Part shown: positions 1-12,832 of the stretch, piece after piece | Layout: each line of letters begins with the position of its first letter | Numbering within the stretch: position 1 is the stretch's first letter | Origin: Felis catus | Lineage: Eukaryota | Length of the DNA: 64,000 nt | NCBI RefSeq assembly: GCF_018350175.1 | Contig: NC_058368.1 | Coordinates: forward strand, 120,840,001-120,904,000 | Direction of reading: 5' to 3' | Made by a program: the position numbers and the translations under genes | Notes under the pieces: generated by a model | Databases searched by the model: none | The model's input: the letters and a program-made list of their open reading frames with translations, nothing else | What the model was told of the DNA's origin: nothing

Positions 1-171
1 TTACTATTAAAACTCCAATCTCCTATAAAAATGATATATATGTTTTGGCCATAGAAGGAGATAACTTGAAAGAAATTCTATCATTAAGCTTACATCTGAT
101 GTAAGTAATACATGTTTATTATAGAAAAATCAGAAAACAAAGATAACAAAATAAATATAAAACTTCCTTAA

Positions 172-367
172 TTTTTTTTTTAATGTTCATTTATTTTTGA
201 AAGAGAAAGAGACAGATGGCAAGCAGGGGAGGGGAAGAATCCAAAGCAGGCTCCAGGCTCTGAGCTGTCAGCACAGAGTCCAATGTGGGGCTCAAGCTCA
301 TGAATCACAAGATCATGACCTGAGCCGAAGTCAAACACTTAAACAACTGAGTCAACCCAGGCACCCC
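172..367 (-). mobile_element. Can-SINE (SINEC, tRNA-derived)
   Basis: Poly-T then TTTATTTTTGA-(GA)-rich tract, GCAGGCTCCAGGCTCTGAGCTGTCAGCACAGAG body, ending in CCCAGGCACCCC (reverse complement of the GGGGTGCCTGGG head). Confidence 0.92.
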
Positions 368-879
368 ACTTTTTTTAACTTTTTAAAACTTATTTTCTGT
401 ACTTTTTCAGATGACTCTCCTTTTGGTAACTTTTTCTTCTCTCTCTTCTCTATATATTCTCTACTTCTTTTTTCATTTTTGTGCTGTCTCAATTGCTTCC
501 CAGAGGAGTACATGAATGAAGTGGCAAAGGGCTCATGTTGGGGACATTCCCCTTGTGTCATAATCCAATTCCTCAATTGGCTGTTTCTTCTGATGGACTT
601 GGAAGAGTAGGTATGTAGCTTACCTGACAAGAAAGACATACATAGAAACATTTGTAATTTGATAAAATATTAAGAATATGTCACTTATAAGGTCCTCTGT
701 ATCCCATAATCTCTTGCCTCCTAATTCTCTGGTTTTGTTTTGTTTTGCTTTGTTTTTGGCCCTGGTTTCATGAGGGTACTGGGGTTATTTTGCCGTAGCT
801 TTCCCCATTGTCAGACTATTTGGAGGCCTGGTGTCTTGATATGTATAACAGAAGCCTATTGGTTTTGTTGTCCAGTTTC

Positions 880-1335
880 ATTGGATTTTTCTTCTCTTAA
901 TAGCATCCTATTCCCCCAAAAGAATACTCTGTTTCCTGTTCTTTGACCTAATCTTCAAGTAGAGTGGATTCCATTCTAAAGCTCCAGGGTGGCCACGTGA
1001 TCATGCTAGGTATTTACAGCATTATATTTCCCTAGACACATTGATTGTTTCAGAGATGGACCCAGGACTTAGTAAGAGCTAGTGAGACTTGGAGAAACTT
1101 GTGCTCAGATTTAGACCCATTAGCGTGTGGGCCTGGAATGGCTGTCGGCCATCTTGCTGCCATAAGGAGCCCGCATATGAAGCATGTGAATGCAGAGTTG
1201 AGGATGACATCATCTGAAATCGTGAGTCCAGACACAGATATACTCCTGGATTTTTTTAGTTAAGTGACCCAGTAAATTTCTATTTTTGCTTGAACCATTT
1301 ATTTTTGTCTCTTACAACCAAAAAGGTCCTAAGAA
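880..1335 (+). mobile_element. Ancient MaLR LTR (MLT1-like) remnant
   Basis: GGCCATCTTGCTGCCA core and 3' end ...CAGTAAATTTCTATTTTTGCTTGAACC...TTACAACCAAAAAGGTCCTAA resemble MLT1I/J-type LTRs; by eye, boundaries approximate. Confidence 0.5.
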
Positions 1336-1914
1336 GGTCTGTGTGAGCAAAAGAATTGATGTATCTGCCAGCTGACTAGAAGTGACCAAGCTTCTTGGCT
1401 TATAGCTGCCTAGATTACTGATTTGGCAATTGTCTGCAGTACATGAGAGGTTAAATACACCTTTTCTGAAGGTTTAGCTTTTGAGATTTATAGTTGAATT
1501 GGGCTAAAATATAATATTTAGCTATTCAAGCTGGCAGCAAAGACACTTGATTTGATGTAGCAAGCAGTGCCAGTGTCAGAACTAATAAATGATTCCATGT
1601 CAAAACAATAACAGGGCAAATCACCTGGAAGGGCAATTCAATCACTTCGGACTTATCGCCACTGGCAAAGGGAGCACTAAGCCACCTGCCTTCCTTTGCT
1701 AGACATAGTTTTGGGTAAAGCTGAGCTGGCAACCGATTTAGGTTTAGAAAATGGCTTTCGGAAATCAGTGCTGTCTTAATGGCAGAAATGCTCTTGTAAT
1801 GATTTTCTAAAAAGTAACAGAAACATTGTGAAGCTTTGGGGTGTTAGGGATAAAAAAAGATGAAGGCCTCTTGGGGAGGAATTTGTGAGCTTGAATTAGG
1901 AAAGGAGCTTCTTT

Positions 1915-2440
1915 TATTTATTTCCTCCTTCAATTTGAGTATTTATTCAATGCATTCTAAGTGTCAGGCATTGGGTTTTAACAGTGATCTGTACAGATGC
2001 ATTTCTCTGCACATGAACTCCAAGAGGGATCAAGACAACAAATACATAATACAACAAATACATAAACAAGTGAATCAAATAATGATATAATACAGTTAAC
2101 ATTTAAATAAAGAGTTCTGAGTTAAAGAGTTATAGGCAGAGGGATCTGTTTTGATGGAAAGGCTGCCTAACGGGGTGACGTTGACCCTGAGATGAGGAGG
2201 AGACAGTCATGCAAAGAGTGCAGGACAAGCATCCTAGCCAGAGGAAAGAGTACATGCAAAGACTGTGGTCAGACAAGAGTTAGGGACCTTCTGTGGCCTG
2301 AAAGAAAGCCAGGATGTCTGTAGCATAGTGACGGAAGGAAAGCATTCTGTTACGTGAGGTTGCAAGACAGTCTAAGGTGCAGTCAGGTATGTGAAGACTA
2401 TAGAAAGGAGGTTGGATTTCATTCTAATAAAATGAGTAGA
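1915..2440 (-). mobile_element. L2 LINE 3' remnant
   Basis: TTCAATTTGAGTATTTATT...GTGTCAGGCATTGGG start, followed by GGAAAGGCTGCC...TGACCCTGAGATGAGGAGGAG...CATCCTAGCCAGAGGAAAGAGTACATGCAAAG, typical of antisense L2. Confidence 0.6.
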
Positions 2441-2599
2441 CTTTGGACATTTGCTGATGATTGTTGCTTCTTGGTTCTCTGAGATTAAATGTGTAATTTT
2501 TTGAGGCAGGTAACCCAAGGCTTCTAGTGAACAGCATTGGCTTGTAGGTGACATCTCAACTTTGGATGTCTGAGTGTTTCCAAAATGAATGCTTAGTGC

Positions 2600-2740
2600 C
2601 AGCATAGGGAAAAGACCTTAGACTAAGGTCCAAGCTGTCTGCATTTGTGTCTAGTTTCTACTGCTTATTATTGTGCAACGTTAGCAAATTTTTACTCCTC
2701 TCTGGACCTCAGTCCTCATCTGCAAATTATAAGGTAGGAG
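2600..2740 (+). mobile_element. MIR remnant
   Basis: CTCTCTGGACCTCAGTCCTCATCTGCAAAT resembles the MIR core. Confidence 0.45.
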
Positions 2741-2749
2741 TGGGTGCTA

Positions 2750-3250
2750 TATTCATCATGATTTTATGCTGAAAGTGATAGGAACCCAGTCCAAAATGAC
2801 GTAAGCAGAAAGGAATATATTTATTTATCTGAACATTCCAAGGGCAATGACTCCATATACACTTAGATCCAGACGCTTAGATGAAGTCACCAGGACTCTG
2901 ATTCTCCATCTCTTGTCTCTGTATTGGCTTTACTCTCTACCAGAGCCTTTCTATATGGATAATTCCCAGTAGCTGCAGGCTAACATCATTTGTAGAGCTA
3001 AAAATCCTTATGCAAGAAGATATTTTTTCTCCTAAATCATGTTGTCAAAAGTCCCAGGTTAGCATGCTGACTTGGGGGCATGAACCTAAGGCTGAACTAT
3101 GGTCAAGGTATGGGAAATTAGATCTTTGTTGAAGTCTGGATCATGTGCTCACTTCTGGAGTCATTGTGAACCACATGAACCTAGAGCAGGGGAGGGGTAC
3201 TTCTTCTCATGAAAATAGAAGAAGAGGGAACAGATATTGGACACTCAAAT
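2750..3250 (-). mobile_element. Ancient MaLR LTR (MLT1K/L-like) remnant
   Basis: GAAAGTGATAGGAACCCAGTCCAAAATGACGTAAGCAGAAAGGAAT...GATCCAGACGCTTAGATGAAGTCACCAGGAC is typical of the antisense old MLT1 end. Confidence 0.45.
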
Positions 3251-4349
3251 AAGACACATTTATGAATGCTCTTTTTGGCGTGAACAATTCCATGAATCTT
3301 GCAGTGGAGAATCAGTCCTTTATACCCACACCCTAGTTGAAATTGGCCATGTTTCCACAAGAAACCTCTGCTTTAGCCTTTAATGCCAGGATTGTACATT
3401 TTTATTATGTGAATTATTATGTAGTTACCAATTCCCTTCTGCATTCTGCTCTTTGTCTCTAAACTCAGCAGATACCTAGACTACCTGCTACAATTCTTTA
3501 TCATGACTCATAAAACTTAGGGAAGAGTTTTGCTTTGGTGCACCCATCAACTTGCTAGCTGGACAAATATCCAGAGCCAGAATTTGCTTCTTCATTTGTA
3601 TTTTTCATATTGAATTGTTTGTTAAATTGCTGGAAAAATTATTTACTGGCTTATTGTTCAGCATTATTCTCGAGTTATCTGGTTTTAACAGAACTTGAAA
3701 AATGCTTTAAAAAATCGCCATGTACTCCCCACTCTAATATCATTTTCCCACAAAGAACATGAAGGCAGCTCTCTAACATAACCCATATTTCTTCTCAAAG
3801 TATCTCCATTATTTCTGCTTACATTCTGACCTTGGTTCCTGTTATTCCTACCTGCTACAATGTCACATATGTTTAAATTCTTGATTTTCAAAGAAATATT
3901 GGCATCTGCTAGTCTGCCTTTCTGATTTCTACTTAGTAGAAGACACCTTTTGCTATTAGATTCTGCTCCATTATTAATTATTTTAAACGCATGACTTTTA
4001 CAATGAGCTATACCATAACATTCGCCCTTTCAAAGTATATAATTCATCTGTTTTTAATATATTTGCAAAGTGAATACAGCAATCAGCATTATCTAATTCC
4101 AGAACATATTCCTTACCCTAAAAAGAAAACCTATAGTCATTTGCACTCAGCCCTCATTCAACTCTTAGAAATGCATGACTTTGTCTCCAGTTAGCTCCTT
4201 GAGGGCAACGGCAGAGACCTATCCTTTCTGTGTGTGGCTTTCACAGAAGCCTAACCCAATTCTGGGGCCATAAGAGGCATTAATAGAAATGTATTGAATT
4301 GGTAACTCATTATGTTGATTGCTATTTCAATTCAAGGCAAGGCTAAGAG

Positions 4350-4520
4350 GCCATGTCCTACAGTAGAAAGATACTGAGCAGGGAATCAGTTATGGGTTTT
4401 CTTTCTGCTCTGTCACCAACTGTGCCCTTAGGTAACTCTCTCCCTTTCTTTAAGCCTAATTTTGCTCCTCTGTAAATGAGGGGAATGGAATCAGTGATTT
4501 CTTTGGTGCCTTCCAGTCCA
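4350..4520 (+). mobile_element. MIR remnant
   Basis: CTGCTCTGTCACCAACTGTGCCCTTAGGTAAC...CCTCTGTAAATGAGGGGAATGGAATCAGTGATTTCT. Confidence 0.5.
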
Positions 4521-6467
4521 AACTGACATCAGGCACTGCTGATTGTGCAATCAAGATTGACTTGAGGCATAAGACAGTTTGTTGAAAGAAAACAGAAGGA
4601 ATTCTTTCCATTTACACTGGGGTCTTTGGGACTACGTGAAACAACAAAGCTCTCTTCCAGGGACTGTGATTGGGAACGCACTGTAGTCTGGCTCGGTCAT
4701 GTCTGCCCTCATCTGAACTAGGGATGAATGCACCAGGAAAAGTGAATGTGTGTTCTTCGTCCGGGTCTCACCCTTAGCCTTTGTAGGGAAGGTTACATGT
4801 CTTTGCACTCAGAGGCTTCTTTATGGAAACTATGAGCCAAAATACCACATAGAAGTAAAAAAGACACAGAAAAACAAAACAAAACAAAAAAACCCACAAA
4901 TTGTATGCTGTACTTTCTTCCTAATTTGAAATCTGAGCATCTTTCCATTTCCAGCTAAGGAACACTTGTGGCCATACACTTGCCATCATCCCTAAGATCA
5001 CCAAGGGTCTAGTGTCTTCGAAAACATCTTACCAAAAAAAAAAAAGTGAATCAATTCTACTTTTCATGTTTCCCAAATGAGTGGTTCAACGTCATGGAAA
5101 TGAGATCGGAATGGTAAACAGACAGCTGTTCTGTATTTCTCCTTCCAGGGAGATGAAGGTCAAAGACACCTTCCTTCTGCGTAACAGATTCCTCCCAAAT
5201 GGGTTGTAAACAAGAGTGCAGTGCAGCTCCTGTTTCACTGGGAAAGAAAAAAGGCATTTTGGAACAGCCTTTAGAGGTGTTGAACACACATATCTTTGAT
5301 TCTGTTTTCTCATCTTTTTTGCGGTGTCTTTCTTTCACAACATGAAGCCATTGATTGAATGAAGTTAGAATAACTTTTGACATAGCTAACCAAAATAGAT
5401 AGCAAAGGGACTGGTTGCTAAGCAGAGCTCTGCTGGGTTCCCTGGCTGACAGCCTGTATTAGCATGCAGGGCTTTACAGAAGCAAATCCTTAGTTATTGG
5501 CGGCTGGTTGTTTAAAACTGCTACTGCCTCTCAGGTAATAGTGAGTCAGGAGCACATATAATAATATTAAAGAGGAATTACTGGAATTATATGCCTCCTT
5601 AACAGGATATAAGCTGCTTGAGGGTATGACTTATTCAAGCATATATTCCACCAGTATTATTACTTGTGTGTGTTAGATTCTAGGCATATAATAATGAAGC
5701 CACAATTTCTTTTTTCTTTTTTTTTCTCTTTTTGGACTCAAATTTGAGGGGAGAGAGGTGAGGGAGGGAGAGAGAAATAGGTATGATGGACAATTATTAC
5801 TGTATCAGTGACCTCAGCCTTTTTTTTCCCTCCTGTTCAGCAAGACGTTTTTGGCTTTATTTTACCAATGAAAAAACATTAGGTATCTTTTTTTTCCTTT
5901 TCCCTCTGAGACGTGTTTTGCATTGATAGCATGTATTCTGGGAGGTTGGTGATGATGAGCTGGGAAAAAAAGGGAAGAAGCAAACAACCACAGGAGAAGC
6001 AAGGGGAAATAGGTTTGGAAAGGTGAGAGGCACTCATGCTGGGCACCTGTGCTAGGGCAAAAGGAGTTTTCCTAAAAATGTGTGGAAAGCAGTACAGAAA
6101 TGTGTGGAAAGCCATGGGATGAGCCAGAATGCCAAGGGAAAAATTCTTTAAATGCATCGTGGGGGAGTTTTGGTTTTCAGAAACACTAATTTTTTTAATA
6201 ATAAAAGTTGTAACTGTTTATTGTTAAAAATTCAAACAATACCAAAGATGATCCAATATTAACTAAGAGCTTCCTGTCTCCTCACCCTATTCCCTCAAGC
6301 CATATGCCAATGTCACTGTTCAAGAAGTAACCATCTTCAAAACTAGTGTACTTGCAGATAATATGCATGTAAATGTTAATATATATGTATACATAGATAC
6401 ACATATAATGTATTTTAAACCAAAGAGACAATACTGTGTATTTTTGACATTCTGCAACCTTTTTTAA

Positions 6468-6678
6468 AATTTTTTTTTAACATTTATTTATTGCTGAAAG
6501 ACAGAGACAGAGCACAAGCAGGGGAGGGGCAGAGAGAGAGGGAGACACAGAATCTGAAGCAGGCTCCAGGCTCTGAGCTGTCAACACAGAGCCCGATGCA
6601 GGGCTTGAACTCACGGACTGCAAGATCATGACCTGAGCCAAAGTCCAATGCTTAACTGACTGAGCCACCCAGGTGCCC
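6468..6678 (-). mobile_element. Can-SINE (SINEC_Fc-like)
   Basis: Complete antisense SINE ending CCACCCAGGTGCCCC; flanked by a degenerate direct repeat CTGCAAC(C/A)TTTT..AAA (6452 and 6679). Confidence 0.95.
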
Positions 6679-7532
6679 CTGCAACATTTTAAACTTAACA
6701 GTATAGCATATTTTCAGGTCAGTCGACTATATCCTTCTCATTTTTAAAAATTATCCCTATAATATTTTATTTCATGGAGACATTCAAATTTAATAAAACT
6801 GTTTCTCTAATTGCTGGATATTTTTACAATATTTCCCAGAACATCTTTTAACTTATGTCTTTCATTTTTATGTAAACATTTTTGCAGAAAAGATTCTTAG
6901 AAGTTGGTTTGCTGGATCATAAAGAAAGTGCATTAATTTTTTCCATAGACTTTGCCAAATTGTAAGCCAAATATGTGTCACAATACTCTACAAAGGGTTT
7001 AAGAATGCATATTTTTTATATCTTCACTAGCTCCACCTTTTGAGGAAAGAACTACAGTGTCATTGGTGAATTTGCCTCAAAATACTCAAATTCCTCTTTT
7101 TCCTTTTTCTTTTTTCTTTTTTAAAGATAGGCATAATAGTCTTACAAAGCCAGCTTCCCTGCTTTGTGGATAGGGCAACCCTTATGGGTATGCTCCAAGT
7201 CATGACTTGAATGTGGAAGTGTTAAAGCTTTTGACTCTTAGAAATACTTGTAAAGCCAGCTCTAAAGCTTCTGGGAGGATTCTGAGTGGCATAGAAGTGG
7301 AGTTCACTTTAGCTGTCAGCTTTTCTTAGAGAAAAATGTATCCACAGTTACCAACTTCATTCAACAGCCTTCACTGGGGGATTTTCAGTTTTCCCACAGG
7401 AGTTATTAAGTTAATAAGTAGGTTATCCATGTACATATATGTATCTGTCAAGTCAGTGGTAATGGACCATGTGGTCCATAGGTATAATAACAAGAACAAC
7501 AACTATGTTCCATATTCCCCCTTCTTCAACAA

Positions 7533-7738
7533 ATTTTTTAATGTTTTTATTTATTTTTGAGAGAGAGAGAGAACAAGCAGGGGAGGGGCAGAGATAGAGA
7601 GGGAGACACTGAATACAAAGCAGTCTCCAGGCTATGAACTGTCAGCAGAGAGTCCGACACGGGGCTTAAACCCACTAATGGTGAGATCATGACCTGAGCT
7701 GAAGTCAGACACTTAACCGACTGAGCACCCAGGTGCCC
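7533..7738 (-). mobile_element. Can-SINE (SINEC_Fc-like)
   Basis: TTTATTTTTGAGAGAGAG...GAGATCATGACCTGAGCTGAAGTCAGACACTTAACCGACTGAGCACCCAGGTGCCC. Confidence 0.95.
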
Positions 7739-7854
7739 TTCCCATCTTATTTTGATCTTTGCTAATTTATCCCTTTTATGATCCATGTTGTGGCTAAGAC
7801 AAGAAGAGTCCAACTCATTAACAAGCCATTTTGGTCCTAATCCCATAAAGAAAT

Positions 7855-8070
7855 AGTACACTATTGTGTTTAAAGGTATAGACTCAATTTCTCTGGGTTC
7901 AAACCTGGCGCTGCCACTTACTAAGTGTTGACTTTGGGCAGGTTACTGACCGTCAGTTTTCTCATTTGTAAGATTGGCACAGTAAGTTTGCTTACCTCAT
8001 TGGATTATTCTGAGAGTTGAAATAATGTATCAAAGCATTTAGAAGGTTACCTGGCATATACTAAGCATAA
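7855..8070 (+). mobile_element. MIR
   Basis: CTGGGTTCAAACCTGGCGCTGCCACTTACTAAGTGTTGACTTTGGGCAGGTTACT...TTACCTCATTGGATTATTCTGAGAG...CCTGGCATATACTAAGC. Confidence 0.75.
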
Positions 8071-8539
8071 ATTAAGATCTTTGTATGGCTGTCATTACCA
8101 AGTTGACACCCGTGTGGCTAGCCCTGGCTACAGTTTCTCATCATGTTGCACTAGCACTGCCTCCTCTTGGTGCTCTCTCTGGCCCTTGGACAAACTAGTT
8201 CATCTACTCTGGACTTACTCAATTATCTGTGTCATCATCTGGAATGTTTCTCTCAGACAGAAATCTTCCTACTTTCTGTTTTGGCTCTTGACCCATATTT
8301 CTTGTTCTACCATTTCATCTTAAATTAACTACTATCTAACCACACCTCAGATAGCCAAGTGCTCTATTGTCGCACCTGGCCTTGAATCAGTGTTTTTCAT
8401 TATCATGCCTGAATACACCAACTTGCTGTTTCCTCATCTGATCCTCAGCTTAGGTATACCTATGCTTTGTCAACGAAAAGTCTGGTTCTGAAGCACTGTT
8501 TCTGATTTTTTTTTCTTGCCTTTTCCAGTTTTTCAACTT

Positions 8540-9310
8540 TTGTTCAACGAATGTCTCAAAAACCTTATTCGTTATCAGGCACAGTGTGAGGTACTGGGGT
8601 AAGATGTGGACAACACAGACAGAGAGCTTACAGGATAACAGATAATTATCAGATTATCAATTTGTCATACAAATTTAAAGTTGGAATTGTTAAAAGGTGA
8701 GCCACACAGTGTTAGGAGGCTCTGTACTAGGGGTATTTGACCTTGTCAAGATCAGGAAAGGGAATGAGGTCCAGAGGATGGTTGGAAATGAATTACGCAG
8801 GTGGGGAGAGAAGAGTAGTGTGGGCTAGGAGAAGAGCTTTGGTGGAGGGAAGCATGGAAAGTGTTAGTGACTACAAGAAGGCATTGAGGCTCAACCACAG
8901 AAAACAAAGGAATACAAGGTGCAAGATGAAATGAGATTGGATGAGATCACTTTAGGCCTTGAAGGCTATACTAAGGATTTAGTCTTTACACCTAGTATAA
9001 ATGGGAAGTCACTGGATAGTGGTGAACATAGCAGAGGGGCAGTAAGAACAGGACCAGATTACCATTTTGCTCAGGTCTGTCTGGACAGGACAGAGTGGAT
9101 AATGGGTAGACCAGTTGGAATGTGCCTGAATAGGCATATTGGTAGCTTTGACAAGGACAGCAGTTGTAAAGGGAAAGAAATTAATGGTATTAGGTGATAT
9201 TGGTGATTAAATGAGCAATTTTGGTGGTAGGGATACAATACACGAGGGAAAGGGAAGACCTCAAGTTTTCTGATATGCACTGCCAGAAAGTGATGCTTTT
9301 TACTGCTATG
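8540..9310 (-). mobile_element. L2 LINE remnant
   Basis: TTCAACGAATGTCTC...CAGGCACAGTGTGAGGTACTGGGG...GGCCTTGAAGGCTATACTAAGGATTTAGTCTTTA...AATGGGAAGTCACTGGA. Confidence 0.6.
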
Positions 9311-9364
9311 GTAAAAGAATGAAATTGAATTGCCTGGATTTACTCAATTATAAACTATTTTCTC

Positions 9365-9683
9365 TAGGTAAAGCTCGTAATTTCTGAGTAGAAACTCACT
9401 CAAACTAGCTTGAGTAAAAATTTTTTGTGTAAAGTAATAGGGAATAGCATGGAAGCTGTAGCAACATGACCTCTGGGAAACTGAAAGGCTTTCAGGAAAT
9501 AATATCTCTTTGTCTGGCTCTCAAGACCCACTTATCTCTGCTTGTCTCTGAGACCCCCTCCAGTCTTCATTGTTCTTAAATAGACACTTCTTCAGGCTCT
9601 CTTGTATGTGGCTCCAGAATCGAATCCTAACTGATTAATGCCAACATTCAACCTTAACTGCCTACAGTTTCTAGATCTTACTT
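9365..9683 (-). mobile_element. Ancient LTR (MLT1/LTR33-like), left part, interrupted by the L1
   Basis: AGAAACTCACTCAAACTAGCTTGAGTAAAAA is a typical antisense LTR end; the element appears to resume at 17154-17280 (GAGAACTGGTGGTCAG...CCCTGTTCCAATC). Confidence 0.4.
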
Positions 9684-11039
9684 AAAATTATTGATAGAGG
9701 GAGGAACCAAGATGGCAGAACAGCATGGAAGCTTTTTGTGTGTTTCGCATCCGTGAAATACAGCCAGACCAATACTAAACCGTCCTACACACCTAAAAAA
9801 CCGATTGGAAGATTAACACAACAATCTGCACAACCTGAACCACAGAATTCAGCAGGTACACGACACAAAGAGCTGAACTTGGGGAGCAAGAAGCCCTGAA
9901 AGGTAGGGAACCCCTTTTGCAGGCAGAGAGAGGACGGAGACTGGGGAGGGGGGTGAGCATACGGGAAAAGCACCCCTCCCCAAAAGCAGCTGGAGAGAAA
10001 GTGGAAAACTGGAAACAGCCACAGGGACTAAACTAAAAAGGGAGAAAGGAGAAAGAAGAGGGTTTAAATTCCATTAAGACTATAAACAAGGGGAGCACAA
10101 AGGCTGCAACTCCACAGCAGCTCGATAGCTGGCAGTGCTCTGGTGGGAAAGGTGATACCCAGGAACACAGTGGGGTCTGCGAGGTTCTCGGGCCACACTG
10201 GGAAAAGCGGTTCCACTGCTGCAAGGACATTTGGTAGAGACTGTTGAAGCCACCTGGTCCCAGCAGACCCCAGAAGGCAGCCACATTTGCTGCTGCTGGG
10301 GCAAGGTCATTGAGGGTGAAGCCTGGTGTCAGATGTGTGCTGTGATTTTCCATAATCCCTGAAACGCTGCTACTACACTGTCTCACGATCTTTTTTGGGG
10401 ACAAGCTGGCACATAGCCGCAGTCTTGGGGCACCGGCAACAGCAAGGTCTAGCGGGTGTTCCTGGGTGCAGCAGACATTCGGCCATTGCTCATTTGGCCA
10501 TCGCTCGGTGAGGCCCTCACACAGAAGGGCGGAGTGGGTCAAAGCCTCAGTCCTTCAGAAGTAAGGGGCCGGGGAAAACAGTGACATCTGAGACAAAACT
10601 TGGGAGGGAGATACTGCCTGGGGCCTGGTCACAGAGAGGGGAAAAATGGGGAGTGGACAAGAGCTGAAGATGGAGGACGAGTGCGCGACTGCTAATCTGG
10701 GAGAACAGACTGGGTGGCTGGGTGGCACCATTTTTCAGTGCTCCCATGCATGAGCATGAGCACTGACGAGCCCTATAACAATCCACCCCAATAGGCTAGC
10801 AGGGCCATTTAGGGGAGAACAGAGCTGTTACACCGAGCCCTGTCCAACTGGGCCAACTTCACTCTTCAAGAACAAAAACCTCACCGCTGGCTTAATCTAT
10901 GAACTATAAAGAGCTACATGGACTGACCTCTAGGGGAAAACAAAGCAATTTCAGTCCTACTTCAATCTGTTAGCAGGTCATCCATTCAATTTTTTTTCTC
11001 TATTTCTCCTTTTACTCTTTTACAATTCTTTTCTTTTTT

Positions 11040-11650
11040 TTTGAATAAAGAGAAGAAACTCATTTTAATTTTCAATTTTTATTAAAAATATCTGTCTTTC
11101 ATTTTTATTACTATATTTTTTACTTTTGTGTAAATGTTTTCAAATTCTACTTTACTTCCATCATTTTATTTTAGTCTACTTCAGTGTACTCACCTTTTCA
11201 AATTTTCAAACAATTTCCTGTTTTCTTTTTCTTTTATTCTTTTTCATTTCTTTGCTTTTTCTTGAATGCAGAAAGAGAAAAACTTCATTTTTACTTCCAA
11301 TTTCTTTTAAAAATATTTTTATTTAATTTTTATTACTATATTTTTGCTTTTATGTAAATTTTTTCAAATTCTATCTTACTCCCATCATTTTATTTCAGTC
11401 TACTGCAGTGTATTCACTTTTTCAGATTTTCAAACGATTTCTTTTTTTGTCTTTTTTCTTTTTTAATCTTTTTTCTCTTTTTCGTTTCTTTTATTTTTTC
11501 TTAAATACAGAAAACAAAAAATTCATATTTTCTTCTTTTTAATTTTCATTAACAGTATTTTTCTATAATTTTTTTCCATTATATTCTCTACTTTTGTGCA
11601 TTGTAGTCTACTGTAGTGTATTCATTTTTTGAAATTCTCAAATGATTTCC
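11040..11650 (+). repeat. Degenerate AT-rich tandem triplication (~220-240 bp unit) in the L1 5'UTR
   Basis: Block GAA..CAGAAA..AAACTTCATTTT...TATTACTATATTTT...AGTCTACT.CAGTGTA.TCA..TTTTCAAATTTTCAAA..ATTTC recurs at ~11042, ~11262 and ~11502 (third copy internally deleted). Confidence 0.8.
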
Positions 11651-11855
11651 TTTTTTTTCTCTTCCCCCCCTTTTTTTTTGTTTCTCTAATCTGTCAAGCC
11701 ACTTTCTACACCCAGACCAAAACACACCTAGGATCTAACATCATCTATTCTATTTTTGTGTGTGTGTGTGTTTTTAATTATTAGTTTTAATTTTTTTATT
11801 TAAATTTTTTTAATTTCAATTTTTCTACCTCATTAATTCCTTTTCTCCCTTCAAA

Positions 11856-12693
11856 ATGACAAAACGATGGAATTCACTCCAAAAGAAAGAGCGCGAAGAA
11901 ACAACAACCAGGGATTTAACCAACAGAGATACAAGCAAGTTGTCTGAACCAGAATTTAGAATCACGATAATAAGAATACTAGCTGGAGTTGAAAATAGAT
12001 TAGAATCCCTTTCTGCAGAGATAAAAGAAATAAAAAATAGCCAGAATGAAATTAAAAATGCTATAACTGAGCTGCAATTACGGATGGATGCAGCGGCAGC
12101 AAGGATGGATGAGGCAGAACAGAGAATCAGTGATATAGAGGAAAAACTTATAGAGAATAACGAAGCAGAAAAAAAAGAGGGAGATTAAGGCAAAAGAGCA
12201 CTATTGAAGACTTAGAGAAATCAGTGGCTCATTAAAAAGGAACAACATCAGAATCATAGGGGTCCCAGAGGAGGAGAGACAAATAGGGGTAGAAGGGTTA
12301 TGTGAGCAAATCATAGCAGAAAACTTTACTAACCTGGGGAAAGACACGGACATCAAAATCCAGGAAGCACAGAGGACTCCCATTAGATTCAACAAAACCT
12401 GACCATCAACAAAACATATCATAGTCAAATTCACAAAATACTCAGGCAAGGAGAGAATCATGAAGGCAGCAAGGGAAAAAAAGTCCCTAACCTACAAGGG
12501 AAGAGAGATCAGGTTTGCAGCAGACCTATCCACAGAAACTTTGTAGGCCAGAAAGGAGTGGCGGGATATATTCAGTGTGCTCAATCAGAAAAATATGCAG
12601 CCAAAAAAAAAAAGTTTCCCAGACAAACAAAAATTAAAGGAGTTTGTGACCACTAAACCAGCCCTGCAAGAAATTGTAGGGGGAACTCTCTGA
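11856..12693 (+). pseudogene. L1 ORF1p remnant (coiled-coil/RRM/CTD), disrupted
   Basis: MTKRWNSLQKKE...EPEFRITIIRIL...EAEQRISDIEEK, then RNNIRIIGVPE and HIIVKF motifs in another frame; frameshift near the A-run at ~12170, in-frame TGA at ~12400, and a deletion at ~12603. Confidence 0.93.
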
Positions 12694-12721
12694 GGGGAGA
12701 AAAGAGGAAAAAATATATAAA

Positions 12722-12763
12722 TACCTACCTACATACATAAATACATACATACATACACACATA
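12722..12763 (+). repeat. (TACA)n-type microsatellite in the L1 inter-ORF spacer
   Basis: TACCTACCTACATACATAAATACATACATACATACACACATA. Confidence 0.85.
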
Positions 12764-12832
12764 CCAAAAGCAACAAAAGATTAGAAAGGACCAGAGAACA
12801 CCATCAGAAACTCCAACTCTACAAGCATCATA

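Noticed and set aside
10033..10542. 169-aa antisense ORF in the L1 5'UTR as an ORF0 analogue
   Set aside because: No recognisable homology, and GC-rich UTR sequence yields long stop-free frames by chance; it cannot be supported without conservation across copies
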